A DNA stretch of 64,000 nucleotides from Owenia fusiformis (Eukaryota), in NCBI GenBank assembly GCA_903813345.2, contig CAIIXF020000001.1, positions 49,724,001-49,788,000 of the forward strand. The letters are read 5' to 3'. A program made the translations under genes and the position numbers. Shown piece by piece: positions 1 to 24,700 of the stretch. Positions within the stretch are counted from its first letter, which is position 1, and each line of letters opens with the position of its first letter. A model generated the notes under the pieces. It saw only the letters and a list, made by a program, of their open reading frames with translations. It ran no database searches and had not been told where the DNA came from.

Positions 1-1316
1 AGAAATATAACCTCTTAATATAAGAATATAAATGCTATTCCAGTGCCATTTACCTAGTGAGGCACAAAGAAATATAACCTCTTAATATAAGAATCTAAAT
101 GCTATTCCAGTGCCGTTTACCTAGTGAGGCACAAAGAAATATAACCTCTTAATATAAGAATCTAAATGCTATTCCAGTGCCGTTTACCTAGTGAGGCACA
201 AAGAAATATAACCTCTTAATATAAGAATATAAATGCTATTCCAGTGCCGTTTACCTAGTAAGGCACAAAGAAATATAACCTCTTAATATAAGAATCTAAA
301 TGCTATTCCAGTGCTGTTTACCTTGTGAGGCACAAAGAAATATAACCTCTTAATATAAGAATCTAAATGCTATTCCAGTGCTGTTTACCTAGTAAGGCAC
401 AGAGAAATATAACCTCTTAATATAAGAATCTAAATGCTATTCCAGTGCCGTTTACCTAGTGAGGCACAAAGAAATATAACCTCTTAATATAAGAATATAA
501 ATGCTATTCCAGTGCCGTTTACCTAGTGAGGCACAGAGAAATATAACCTCATAATATAAGAATCTAAATGCTATTCCAGTGCCGTTTACCTAGTGAGGCA
601 CAGAGAAATATAACCTCTTAATATAAGAATCTAAATGCTATTCCAGTGCCGTTTACCTAGTGAGGCACAAAGAAATATAACCTCTTAATATAAGAATCTA
701 AATGCTATTCCAGTGCCGTTTACCTAGTGAGGCACAAAGAAATATAACCTTTGAATATAAGAATCTAAATGCTATTCCAGTGCCGTTTACCTAGTGAGGC
801 ACAAAGAAATATAACCTTTGAATATAAGAATCTAAATGCTATTCCAGTGCCGTTTACCTAGTACGGCACAAAGAAATATAACCTCTTAATATAAGAATAT
901 AAATGCTATTCCAGTGCCGTTTACCTAGTAAGGCACAAAGAAATATAACCTTTGAATATAAGAATCTAAATGCTATTCCAGTGCCATTTACCTAGTGAGG
1001 CACAAAGAAATATAACCTTTGAATATAAGAATCTAAATGCTATTCCAGTGCCGTTTACCTAGTGAGGCACAAAGAAATATAACCTCTTAATATAAGAATA
1101 TAAATGCTATTCCAGTGCCGTTTACCTAGTGAGGCACAAAGAAATATAACCTCTTAATATAAGAATCTAAATGCTATTCCAGTGCCGTTAACCTAGTGAG
1201 GCACAAAGAAATATAACCTCTTAATATAAGAATATAAATGCTATTCCAGTGCCGTTTACCTAGTAAGGCACAAAGAAATATAACCTCTTAATATAAGAAT
1301 CTAAATGCTATTCCAG

Positions 1317-1345
<29 letters not shown>
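1..1345 (+). repeat. 67-bp tandem minisatellite (20 acceptor-containing units in window, extends past left edge); each unit copies the 3' splice site plus first ~29 nt of the MAST exon
   Basis: Unit AGAAATATAACCTCTTAATATAAGAATCTAAATGCTATTCCAGTGCCGTTTACCTAGTGAGGCACAA. First exon-like start at 44, true one at 1317 (=44+19x67). Confidence 0.97.
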
Positions 1346-11905
<10,560 letters not shown>

Positions 11906-12169
11906 TGAAGACCTTTACCAGTGAATTTCTGCTCTGAAATTCTCATCCACCCACTATTTACAAACTATGTTGCCAAAGATGTGCTAAACTTGACACTGAT
12001 ACTAACTGATTGAGCTAAAATTAGTCCTCTCTCACTTACAGTTGACTTTAAGGGTTGAAATGTGAGATATGTTGCATTTTCAAGAGACATAAAACCCTGT
12101 ATTCTCCACAAGTGCTAGTAAAGGTGGAGTTGGTGGAATTGAAACAAATACAGTTCAGTCTGATACTAT

Positions 12170-12228
12170 TATAGTACAGTATAGTACAGCAGTACAGTAT
12201 AGTACAGTACAGCACAGTACAGTACAGT
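12170..12228 (+). repeat. (AGTAC/AGTAT)n microsatellite in putative MAST 3' UTR
   Basis: Direct reading of pentamer repeat. Confidence 0.8.
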
Positions 12229-13568
12229 GAAACACTGAGGACAGTTGTGTTTCACAAAGATGATGAGATTAAAAAATGATGACATGACATCGCTTACATA
12301 TACAATAAAAATGTATCTACTCCTGTTGATATCTCAATGTGTGAAATATGATGTCACCATGTATGATATTGTGACATGACATTGTCCTGTGTAGGAATAT
12401 GATGTCACCATGTGCTGTATTGTGACATGATGTCACCTTGTGTAGGAATGTGGTGTCACTATGTACTATATTGGGACACTGGAAAAGAGAAAGGATTCAG
12501 ATAATATTAGAATTCTAGAAGGAAAAGATAAAATCAAGCATGGTGTTATGGATGTTATTATCACAAAACATGTTGTACTTGTAGGCTTTGTGAACACCAT
12601 ACAAATGCTACTTATAATCAATGTACAAAGCTTTTGCAGTACATTACATATATGTGTTCAACTGATGTATTAGTATTCAAACTAATGTGCTATTTATCTG
12701 TGATATCAAACTTTTGTATGTTGTCAACATAAAATGGCAACTAATCCATGAAGATAAAGTTCAAAGGATATAAAATTATTTCCCATAAAAAGAACAGAGA
12801 AATGTAGAAAAGCCTGATTTCTATTTGTGATCATGCTTTTCTCCTTATGAAGCCTTTGGATAAAGTATTATCTTTTGAAAGGATCAGATATTATCATTTG
12901 AATTTTATATTTGTGTATTATAAGATAACAAATGGGAACTATTCCTAGCCAAGATGAGCTATTAATATAGTATGTTGTCCAGTACAATTCAGTCTGCTCA
13001 ATGTAAGCTTATATTTCGCTACCAAGAGGCACCAAGTGCGTTTTACAACTATTTGGATGTTGTAGCTAATACCCATGTTTTTTACGATGTTTCGTATGAG
13101 TATAAAGTAGAAATAACATGAGGGTTCAATGATTAAAAGGTTCCTTAGTAAAGTGGTTCCTTAATAAAATGGTTCCTCAATGAGGGGGTTTGTTGATAAG
13201 GATTCCTTATCGAAAGGGGTCATAATGAAAAGGTTCCAGAATGAGACTTCTTATGAGGAATGGACTCTGAATGAGAAGGTTCCAAAATGAAAGGGTTCCG
13301 TATGAGAAGGTTCTTGAACAAGAGGAGTCCTTAATAAAGTATGGGATTCTAGATTAGAAATGGTGAAATGATATGTTTCATTGTGTTTTGAAATGGCTCC
13401 TTAAGCAAGCAAAACATGTAGCTGAATATAGTTATGGAAGTTAACATGGTAAAGGAGGTTTTACCTCAAAATATAATGTGCAATTTTGTATATGTGTGTA
13501 GATTTGCAGTATATAATAATAGGTTGAGCTTATACAACATGCTGGTTATGTTAGAATAAACATACACT

Positions 13569-13933
13569 GTGCAACATGTGGATCTGTGTGCAACGTGTGG
13601 ATCTATAGTGCAACATGTGGATCTGTGTGCAACGTGTGGATCTGTGTGCAACGTGTGGATCTGTTTGCAACATGTGGATCTGTGTGCAACATGTGGATCT
13701 GTGTGCAACGTGTGGATCTGTGTGCAACATGTGGATCTGTGTGCAACGTGTGGATCTGTGTGCAACATGTGGATCTGTGTGCAACGTGTGGATCTGTGTG
13801 CAACATGTGGATCTGTGTGCAACATGTGGATCTATGTGCAACAAGTGGATCTGTGTGCAACATGTGGATCTGTGTGCAACGTGTGGATCTGTTTGCAACA
13901 TGTGGATCTATGTGCAACAAGTGGATCTGTGTG
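13569..13933 (+). repeat. 19-bp minisatellite (GTGCAACATGTGGATCTGT)n, ~19 units, putative MAST 3' UTR
   Basis: Direct reading; explains the repetitive ORFs in all six frames. Confidence 0.95.
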
Positions 13934-14739
13934 TTAAATTAAGAGGCAAATAACATAAAATTCTGATTGCTCATAACTACTCTCTCATCTATATGGTACA
14001 CAGTGTATGTTTTACATTATATAGATTTAAACATATTTTGTAAATAAATGTACAGAATTCACCTTTGTAAAATAGATGTGAATGTCACGACGCACTGCCA
14101 TTATTCATATTGTAACTAATTAAGTTTCATCATATCATTTTATCATAATTTCTTGTACATAGCATCTCTAAACATGTGTTCATGAGTTACCACTCAGACA
14201 TTATCTACAGTGTGTTATATAAAAGGGAAGTTCAAATGCTGAAGTGTTTATTTCTCTATATTAGATTTTTCACTGAGTTGACATTTTGTAGAGGTATACT
14301 GTCATGACTACACTTTGTAAATACAGTAAAGTCATTAATCAGTTAACACATTATTGTGACACTTTATTTTTTGTACAAAATAATTGTTATGTGTATTGAA
14401 TATATATTGAATATATTATATCTGACATTTCACAACATATGTTTTGCTAAGTGGTGAATAAACGAAAACCTGTTTTGGGCCATAACTGAAAATTGTAAAC
14501 AAAATATAGTTGAGTTTTGCATTGCTAGTACATGTATATTCTGTTTTGTACTTAGACCGTGTGAATGTTAGCGACGTTTAGGGGTTTCATCAAAATAAAA
14601 TCAAAACTTAAGAAACAAGAGGATAAAAATTGAATTTGAAATAATCTTTACATTAACCAAAATCTTGCATATTTGATTTGATCAAAAACAGCAGATGCAA
14701 TCTCCAGTTAATAAAAATTAGAAAAATGGAATCGTTTTA

Positions 14740-16423
14740 TTATGTCCCCACCACATAGTGTGGGGCCATATTGTCGGCCTAGGCGCGTCCGTCTGTCCGT
14801 CCGTCCGTCTGTCCGTCCGTCTGTCTGTCCGTCTGTCTGTCCGTCCGTACGTCCGGGAGTTTTCTCCAAAACCGCTGCAGATATCACCTTCAAATTTTCA
14901 GGGATAATTTATGAGTGCATGCAGATGTGGATGAAAAAAAATTAACTCGATACCTACTTCCTGTCGGCCATTTTGAAGTCAAATGCTAAAATCCTTGTCT
15001 GCAAACTTTAAGAAAAACGGCTTCACAGTTGCTTTTAAAACTTTAACATCTTGTTCAGCTCACTTCATTCTAGATCTGATTAGGTTTTGGACCTGTTAGC
15101 TCAGTCATGTCAGCCATTTTGAATGTTTTAAGAAAAGTTAGCGCACGATAATACTTTGTATCATATTGAATGGTGTTTTTCAGTTTTCATGCTTTAACTT
15201 TTTAGTAGCTTTATAAATAATTTCAGGTGTACTTTGTTGTAAAAGCTTATGTTATTGTTAACAGTAGGTATATGTGATAATTTTGTAAAAAGATTTCAGC
15301 AAAAACTCATAATCACTTTTTTATTGTCGGCCATTTTGGATTTTTCCGTCCTAAAATCTTGTCTGTAAAGTCTTGTCTACGCGTTTTCAGGTCAACCGTT
15401 TGGTAGATCAATTTCAAAATTTCAGGGATGATTCTTAGTATGAAAATCTAGATCTGATTAGTTTTTGGGCATTCTGGGTAAATGTCAAGGCAGCCATTTT
15501 GGATTTTCCGTCCTAAAATCTTGTCTGTAAAGTCTTGTCTACGCATTTTCAGGTGAACCGTTTGGTAGATCAATTTCAAATTTCCAGGGATGATTCTCAG
15601 TATGAAAATCTAGATCTGATTAGATTTTGGGCATTCTGGGTAAATGTCAAGGCAGCCATTTTGGATTTTCCGTCCTAAAATCTTGTCTGTAAAGTCTTGT
15701 CTACGCGTTTTCAGGTGAACCGTTTGGTAGATCAATTTCAAATTTTCAGGGATGATTCTTAGTATGAGAATCTAGATCTGATTAGTTTTTGGGCATTCTG
15801 GGTAAATGTCAAGGCAGCCATTTTGGATTTTCCGTCCTAAAATCGTGTCTGTAAAGTCTTGTCTACGCATTTTCAGGTGAACCGTTTGGTAGATCAATTT
15901 CAAATTTTCAGGGATGATTCTCAGTATGAAAATCTAGATCTGATAATTTTTACGGCATTCTGGATAAATGTCAAGGCAGCCATTTTGGATTTTCCGTCTT
16001 AAAATCTTGCCCGTAAAGTCTTGTCTACGCGTTTTTAGGTGAACCGTTTGGTAGATCAATTTCAAATTTTCAGGGATGATTCTTATTATGAAAATCTAGA
16101 ACTGATTAGTTTTTGGGCATTCTGGGTAAATGTCAAGGCAGCCATTTTGGATTTTCTGTCCTCAAATCTTGTCTGTAACGTCTTGTTTACATGTTTTCTG
16201 GTTAACTGTGTGAGGGATCAATTTCAAATTTTCAGGGGTGGTTCTTAGTATGAAAATCTAGAACTGACTAATTTTTTGTCATTCTTGGTAAATTTTAAGA
16301 TGGCCATTTTGGATTCTCCGTCCTCAAATTGTGTCGGTAAAGTCTTGTCTACTCATTTTTAGGATAATCATTTGACAGGATTACCCATAGGTGGGGACAT
16401 ATTGTACACGTTTGTGTTCTTGT
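14740..16423 (+). mobile_element. HINE-like element family B, copy 2
   Basis: Same termini, microsatellite and 162-bp core as 7374-9062. Confidence 0.85.
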
Positions 16424-17230
16424 ATATTATATATATTATGGTTACTTGTATTTGTGACAACAGTGGTTTTTATAATAGAATGTTTCACTTCAAAATTATA
16501 TTTATACAAATATGACTTCTGAATGTAGAAAGGTTCATAGAGATATACATGTATATACCTTCAAATATTAGTCTTGCTTTAAGCCTGTTGATCCACCCCC
16601 ACCCTTCACACCCCACCACCAAAGGCTGAAAGTGAATAAGACTGGGGGATCCAGAGAACTGACGCGAGACTGATTCAAATATATATGTATTTGTACAAAG
16701 CGCATTAATCTAGGCATTTGTTATTATCTATGTTACACTGAATGCGATCCCAAACAGACAATATGGCTCTGAATTCAATGATTTATCCTTTGCATAAACA
16801 AGTTGTGAATTTATCCAATCTCTTATGGAAGCTTGTATTGAATATTGTGACTGTTTTGAGGATCCAAAAAGATTTGACCAAACATAAAGGTGGTTTTATA
16901 AATTTTTACAAAAGTGTTTTTTCTAGAGTGATTGTCATTTCCTATGCCATGAATGCAAAATAAGGTCAAGGTCAAAAGGAGGTGATTTTTGAGATACTGA
17001 AAATTGGTGACTAGATCATTAGTCCTTTTATGGATATTATTAGAGTTTTGTGACTGCAAATGTCCTGTTAAATGCTACTTGGATATAATGTCATGAATTG
17101 GCTATACAGTAAAATGTAATATGTGATGTCATTCTGATTTGATTTCTTGCATTAAGATGCAAAAATAAAAGAATTTCTCTTATAAAAAATAATCATCTTA
17201 TGTATTTTTGACTAGTGAATGACATGTAAT

Positions 17231-17957
17231 GGACCAGGTATAGTATGGCAGGTGATTTTAGTCATATGTTTTACCATGAGTACTTTCTCAATTTAAATAT
17301 GACATTTCTCATTAACAAAATATGTTATATTTCAAGTAAATTCTCAAGGATGATAAAAATATCAATTGAACAATTCGAAAAATTATGAATATGTCAACAT
17401 TTTTTTCAAAATGTTGAACCCATTTATTCAAAAGAGGATCTTCCTCTGATTTTTATTGCTGAAAAGATTCAACAAGGGGTCTAAAACTTGTTCAAAAGTA
17501 GAATGGTACTGAAAGTGTACTTTTAAGGTATCAATTTTCAATGACCAAAATTATGCTGAAAACAATGGATAGCATGAGATATGTGGTTTTAACTTTATCA
17601 CATTTCGGTAGCCATCCCTTTCCAGAATTTGTTGTATAATGTAGAAGAGAGTTTTGACATTATTTAAATGAAGAAAAACTAGATCCTCTTTAAATAATAA
17701 TATATAAGCATAACATTTTTGAAAAAGTGGAAAGGTGGGCTCCAAATCCTATAATTCTTTTTTTAAACTGATCCTATGGAATACAAACAAATGAAAGTTA
17801 TAATTTTTCAGAGAGTCTGATTGATATAGTCATTATCATGGGGGCTTCTCTTGAATGAAAACATTGTTTTAATAAAAAACACTATATTTATGGCCAGAAA
17901 GTATTCATGGTGAAAGATATGACTGTCCAAAATCACTTGTCACACTATACCTGGTCC
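17231..17957. mobile_element. Old MITE with ~60-bp imperfect TIRs (possibly Kolobok-type)
   Basis: GGACCAGGTATAGT...GAGTACTTTCT versus AGAAAGTATTC...ACTATACCTGGTCC; no clear TSD. Confidence 0.55.
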
Positions 17958-18480
17958 TTTGTAGATGCTACACACTTAACACTATCAACACTGGAAACAA
18001 TTAGAATATATTTTTTCATTCATAATTATTTATTTATTTTTCTTTGGCATTAAAATGTATATACACGAACAAAAATAACACATAATTTCTTTATACTTAT
18101 ATTACACTTTTATGTATAACTGAACAATTAACCCAAAACCTGACAGTCATTTCAAAATATTAACCACCAGGGTGGGGGTCATTTCTAATACCTATTTTTG
18201 GTAATGACTGGTTTTTGGTCAATTTATGGTCAATTTGGCTTTTTTACCCAAACTTTTCTGTTTTTGACTCTGAATCTACTAAAATGTGCTGATATATTAT
18301 TTCTTGCAAATAATTCTCTGAAACAGCAGAGGGGGGGGGGGGTTATTTGACTGTCCAGTTAATCGTTAATACAGTAAAGCAACTTTTACATGGAAAACGG
18401 CTGCTTAAGGTGTGAAATGGTCCTGCCACATCTTGAAGAAACCTCTCAGCCTGCAATTTCCCTAATTTCATTCAAGCATA

Positions 18481-18752
18481 CTATTTTTTCTTTATCAATT
18501 TTTTCAGACTTGCTTTAACCTTACCAAGCTTGGCTTTAAATAGATTGAACTTCTCTAGAAAGTCTTTGAAAGGTTTTGGACTTTCATTTAAGACTTCCCA
18601 GCTTATATTGGCAAGTTTCGGATTCTCGGCCATCCAGTCAATGAGTTTAGCTTGGTACTCTTCAGCTTCTGTGTGCCTGTCAGAGGCCTTGAGAAGTTCT
18701 ATAAGATTGTCATAACATGTGTGGGCCCATTTCAGGTATACGCCGTTAGAGT
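18481..18752 (-). CDS. CARD-APPBP2-like terminal exon
   Basis: tttcag|(D)SNGVYLKWAHTCYDNLIELL...KKLIKKK*. Confidence 0.88.
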
Positions 18753-21700
18753 CTGAAATAAAACATGGAGATGTGTATAAAGAATGGAAAAAGAATGACA
18801 CTGAAGTACTGTTTTTGGAATTATTTTAGAAATGAAATGGTGAAGTGCTACACCCCAGTTTAACATTCATGATTCCCTAAATGAGATCATCTTGGATTTC
18901 CAAGAGCTGAAGTTTCTTTCATGCTTTGGAATTAGATGCCTAAATTCCTTTCCAAATCCTTGAGAAAATGCTTTATGCGTTTGCACCACCTATATTTTCT
19001 GGAAAAGCACACCCCTTTTTCAAATATGGTTTGACTCCCCTGCAACACATCATTATAACTGAATTGAAAAGTGTGATGACCAGTGAACAACGTCAAACAA
19101 TATTTGTACAAATGAAGTTTACATGTATTTCATAGCAATTCTTCTTACCAACAGAATTAACCACTTGAGTGAGTAGATTAATGGCTTCAAGTGGACAGTC
19201 CTTCTGCTTGTAGAAGGTCCCCAGTGTGCCTTTCATGATGAGTTGATAGTTACTCTGGGGAGATGTACATATCTGCAGCATCTGCAAGCCTTGCTTCATT
19301 AACACTTCTCCTTCTTCATCCCTAAGTTAGTAATATAAATATTATATACCATTGCCCTGACACTCATGAGTGTATTTTCACCAACAATAATATCAATTGT
19401 ATTAAAATCTGCTTTTTCAATTAACAAAATATTATTCAGTACTACGGATACAACATCTATATAGGATAATTCAAATAATACTAATTATCATTGGAAATGA
19501 CTTTGTTACATACTTAGAGAAGACACAAGGTATTTTTGATATTAGTAAAAGTTAGTGTTTAAACTTACCTCTCTTCATCCCTGTAAAACAGAGAGAATAT
19601 GTGTTATAATATATGCAGTGCAATTATTGATATAGATGAATTTATACAATTTAGGTAGTAAGCTAGCACCCAAAAATGTATTAGTTCGTGAACAAATTGA
19701 AATTACTTATTTCTTATGTATTTTTATGTGATACTTCAGAAAATTTTTGTCTGACGCGCCATATCCGGGGCGAAAACTGTCAAAATAGGGTTTTCGACCC
19801 TAAAATGGAAAATTACAGGGGGTACTTTATCATCATTGAATATATCATTCAGTTGGTCTTCAATCATCATGATAATTTTGTTGAGAGTTGAGGAGATCAT
19901 TCTGGGGTAGTATGTAAAATTTCAATGGTCTGTCACTCATGGTTGTCATGGAAACCACAATTTTCGTTGAAAAGATCCTTAATTTTGGCACAACCTGAAC
20001 ATGTACATCATATAGAATATAGATTATTTTTCGAATCAATAGATATCAGAACATTTTAGCACACTCAAAATAATCAGTACAGTTCAAACATTTGTTTAAA
20101 TATAAAGGATATTGCAATTCACATGATTGGTCAGTGTCAAAGAACATACAATGACATGAGTGATCAAAAGTGGGCGTCGCCCCCATAATAGTAGATGATT
20201 GTTATTCTCTATAAAAACAGAGTTTAACTTGACTTTTGAGATACATTTACACTAAACTTATTTGATCATATTTTATTTCAAGCATTTCTGGTAAATAATG
20301 TACATCTAAGTGTTATATTTATTGCATGGGGGGGGGCAGAGGGAGGGGTGGGGCTAGTAACAGTATTGGGCGGGGGCAGAGTTAATCAGCCTTAATCATA
20401 GAGTATTTTCTGGGTCTTCTTAGTTATCTCAATATACTGTATATATTTATTGTATGGGAGGGGGGTAGTAACAGAATTCGGAGGGGTGGGGGAACAAGTC
20501 AGCATTAAGTATCAATTTCATCTCCAGAGTTCTGGATTTCATAAGATACATCTTCTGGAGTCTTTCTGATTCATCTCCTGGTGCTATATCAACAATTTTT
20601 TGAAGGAGAATATCAGTTGATAATCAATGCAATGGTGGAGTCATACAGTTTCCATCCGTGTCTGTCTCCTGCTGGAATGTCAGGATTTATGATATGGGCC
20701 ATATGCACGATAAGTGCTTTGTAGTAAGCTCTTGACAAGGTGGAAGAAGACTAATGTCGGTTCCTTCATAGTCTTTGATTGTTTTAGTATGGGGTCTAAA
20801 CTTCTATTTCAATTGGTTTATCTGGTTTTGCTGGTGTAAGACATTGTGGCTTAACATAAATGCTTTTTTATATTAATCAGTCTTCTTTTGTGTCTCCAGC
20901 ACTACACTTTGCTGTATTCTGTGCTTATCCTAACACATTGATTGAAGGACTTATAAATGAAAGATATGTAATCTTTAAAATGCACATGAGATGGGGAAAA
21001 TATTGCCTCGCTACATAATTTTGGTAATCATATATGAATGAGATGGATTGAAATTGTGTTTATTCCTTGTGACAATATTACCCTCTCAGGGCCCATATAG
21101 GCCCTAAGGAAATATTATACTGTCCCTCAGAAAAAAACATATTGAATCCCTCCTGGTAAATAATCTCTATATACACTGTGATGTGATGCAAATGCTGAAT
21201 TTAATGGATTCTCTGATGGGCTTGTTTTGTTTCTGGAGCTGGCAGAAAATATGTAACCTGATAAGAGAAGATGAGGGTGGTGGCACCTCAAATGTAGAAA
21301 TGTAGGAAATATCAAATGTAGTACATGAGTCCCTTAAGATTGGAATGAGTTCATGAATACGGATGCAAACAAGAAGCAACTTTACCAGTTACACTTAATT
21401 GAATAAGACCAGAATATGCCAAGAAAAATCTACTGTGTAGCAGGTGGGAAATGCCATATCCTTTCATGATCATCATGATAAACCATGACACTTTATTCTT
21501 CCTAGCCCTGAAACAGAAAGATACTATGAGTATCAGAATGTCTAGTGATGGCAATACAATAACAACTATAGATGAGCCTTCTCATAGTCTGATCATTTTC
21601 ATTCTTTTGATTTATCGCCTGATATTGATATATCAACAATATCTTAAGAGAGAATACCACTAAACACTTGCAGATTTGAGTCATTCAGCTGCGACTCATA

Positions 21701-24700
21701 TGGTGCTCCATCTTTTTAAAATGTGCTATCCTGCCCCTTCAAAGCATGGCACTTACTTCATCTAGCGAAGGTATAAGTGCTAGGAAGGCTGCATAAATTA
21801 TGCCAGGCCCTAGATTGGGAGTAGTAACAGAATAATTGGGAGGGAGTAGAGCTCAAACACTGGCTCTACTTCCTTCCAAGTCTGTATTTTGGGGAGTTTT
21901 CATGTTTGAATTGTAATATAGACCTCAGAGCAGGCGTGAGATTGACAGTGACCCTTTAGGGCTAGGTACAAAAGCTTTCGAACCCCTCACTACCTTGCCT
22001 AGCCATATGGAGTGTATTTGTCGATATAACACCTGCTCTTCAGTCTATATTTCTTAAATAATAGAAGTTAAGACTTATAGATGACAGTGATCTCCCCAGC
22101 ATTAAAGCAAGTGGGTGCAGCACCCAGCTGAGATTTTGAAAATAGGCTTGCACCCACCTGAAAATCCATATGCACCCACTTGAAAATGAGAAAATCATGA
22201 AAAATTGGCATATTTTGACCAATTTAGGTCTGAATTGTGAAAATGAAAATTTTGTACCAACCTGAGAAAAAATCCTGGGGAGATCACTGGATGATTTTAA
22301 AACTCAAGTTGTAGAGAATGAACCATATACTGTTGTTGAGGCAACTTTTGATCACTTATGTAATTGTTTGGTCACTTACCTATCATGTTTATTGTAATAT
22401 CCTATATATTGAGATGAATATGAAGAAGACCTAGAAGATGTACATGTTCCTTAGTAAATCCAGAACGAAGTATTATGAAATTTATACATGAAGCTGATTA
22501 GCTCTGCCCCCTTCCAGTTTCTATTACTAGCCCCCTCTCCCAACCTGCCTCTCATGCAAAAACTATAAAACTCACTGAAAGAGTCAGTCGGCTCCGTAGC
22601 TCAAGTGGTATAGAGCACCTGACATGTAATCGGGAGGTTGTGGGTGTGGAGTGTCTTTTTCACATCAGCCCTTAGCATAATAGTTTTCAGATTAAATAAA
22701 TATATATATCTAACAAAAAGTTTACTTCAACCCTGTATTTATAGAGAATGGTCATCATTTATTTTTTACTATTATGGGGGCAACGGCCACTTTTGATCAC
22801 TTATGTAATTGTATGGTCTTTTACACCAATCATGTAAAATGTAGTATCTATATATTGAAATGAAAAGGAAGAAGACCCAGAATATATAACCTATGAAAAT
22901 CCAAAACTATATTAATGAGATATGCTTAAGGCTGATTAGCTCTGCCCCCTCCAAATACCCCCCCCCCCCCGCCCGCTCCCCATGCAATAACTTTTACACT
23001 TAGATGTACATTATTTACCAGGAATGCATGATATTAAATATATTCAAAGAACTTCAATATAAATGTATCTCAAAAGTCAAGCTAATCTCTGTATTTTTGG
23101 AGAATGGTAATCATTTACTATTATGGGGGCGACGCCCACTTTTGATCACTTATGTAGTAGTATGGTCTTTCACACTTACCAATTATATAAATTGTAATAT
23201 CCTTTATGCTTAAACAAATGCTTGAACTTCCCTGGCCATTTTGGGTTTGCTAAAATATTCTGATATCTGTTAATTTGAAAAATAATCCACATTCTATATT
23301 ATATACATGTACAGGTTTTGCCAAAGTTAAGGATTTTTCAACGAAAATTGTGGTTTCCATGGCAACCATGTGTGACAGACAATTGAAACTTAATATACTA
23401 CCTCAGCATGATCCAATCAACTCCCCATAAAATTATTATGATGAATGAAGACCAACTGAATGATTTATTCAATGATGATAAAGTACCCCCTGTAATTTTC
23501 CATTTTAGGGTTGAAAACCACAATTTGACAACTTTCGCCCCGGATACGGCGCGTCAGACAAAATTTTTCTGAAGTATCACATAAAAATACATAAGAAATA
23601 AGTAATTTCAATTTGTTCACGAACTAATACATTTTTGGGAGCTAGCTTACTACCTAATTGTGTATTGGCGTGCAATCTACATTATGAATATTCATTCAAT
23701 TGTGCATACACTGTGCATTGTATAGTTACAAATTGTGCATTGTATGGTTACAAATTGTGTATTGTATTGTTACAAATTGTGCATTGTGTGGTTACAAATT
23801 GTGCATTGTGTGGTTACAAATTGTGTATTGTATTGTTAAAAATTGTGCATTTTCCAACTACAAAATCAATATTGTAATATTCCTGATCAGATCAGGCTGT
23901 TATATGCACTCAGTGTCAAAAACAAAATGCTGAGAGTGAGAGAGAAATTTCTATGTCAGATAATTGAGGACGAAGACCTGAACAAACAAACAAACACACA
24001 AAAAGCACTTACCCCATCTTTGTCTTGACAGTCCCCTGTAGTATATAAGCTTGTGCAGATTTAATACTGATGTCTCCATAATGTGAACTAATGAGATTCT
24101 GTGCCTGTCTGGCTAAAGACTCCGCCTCCAAGAGCAAGCCATGTCTCTCTGCTTGCTCTACTAGTTCTGCCTTGCACTGTAATCCCCTTGCTGTAAAACA
24201 GTATATAACACTAATTTGAAAGAGCTCATCATCTAGGTTTTTCAATTCAAATAAAACCCAAATTTTAACCTTTGAAATATGATGTAACACATTTAATATT
24301 TATCAATTATTTGATTACAGATGAAGGACAGTTAATGTTGTTTGAAACTAAACTAGATTGTTTAAAAAGGGTAGAGCTTATATATTTATAGTACAGTACC
24401 CTAACAAACGAAAATTCTCACCTAATGTTTGTTTGAATATCGCCAAATGTGAGGCAGGTAGGACATCCATAGCAACTCTCAGTGCTTGAAAGGCATGTTC
24501 ATGGAATTTATGGTTGTGATAGTCACCAGCAGCCATGAGTGCAGTTGCTAAGACACGGTGGCAGTGAGCGGTGAATACACTGGACCCCTGGTACAACTTC
24601 TCACTTATTGACAACGCCTCCTGTAATAAACAATCTTATGAGCATTTTAAAAGATAATAGACAGGTGTTCAGCAATTTTAAATTGATGTGGATGTAATAT

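Larger units (their letters stand above)
19652..23656 (+). mobile_element. Defective Academ (AcademX-like) DNA transposon with ~800-bp TIRs
   Basis: Termini TAGGTAGTAAGCTAGC / GCTAGCTTACTACCTA; 3-bp TSD ATT; decayed internal coding (DWNEFMNTDANKKQL...GKCHILS//SSDGNTITTIDEPS...FILLIY) resembling the Academ XPG-like region. Confidence 0.72.

Noticed and set aside
13466..13953. Cys/His-rich repetitive ORFs in six frames
   Set aside because: Artefact of the stop-free 19-bp minisatellite.
21478..21492. Conserved in-frame TGA (HDKP*H) in two copies, possible selenocysteine
   Set aside because: It lies in a short interspersed repeat with no ORF context; no SECIS evident.
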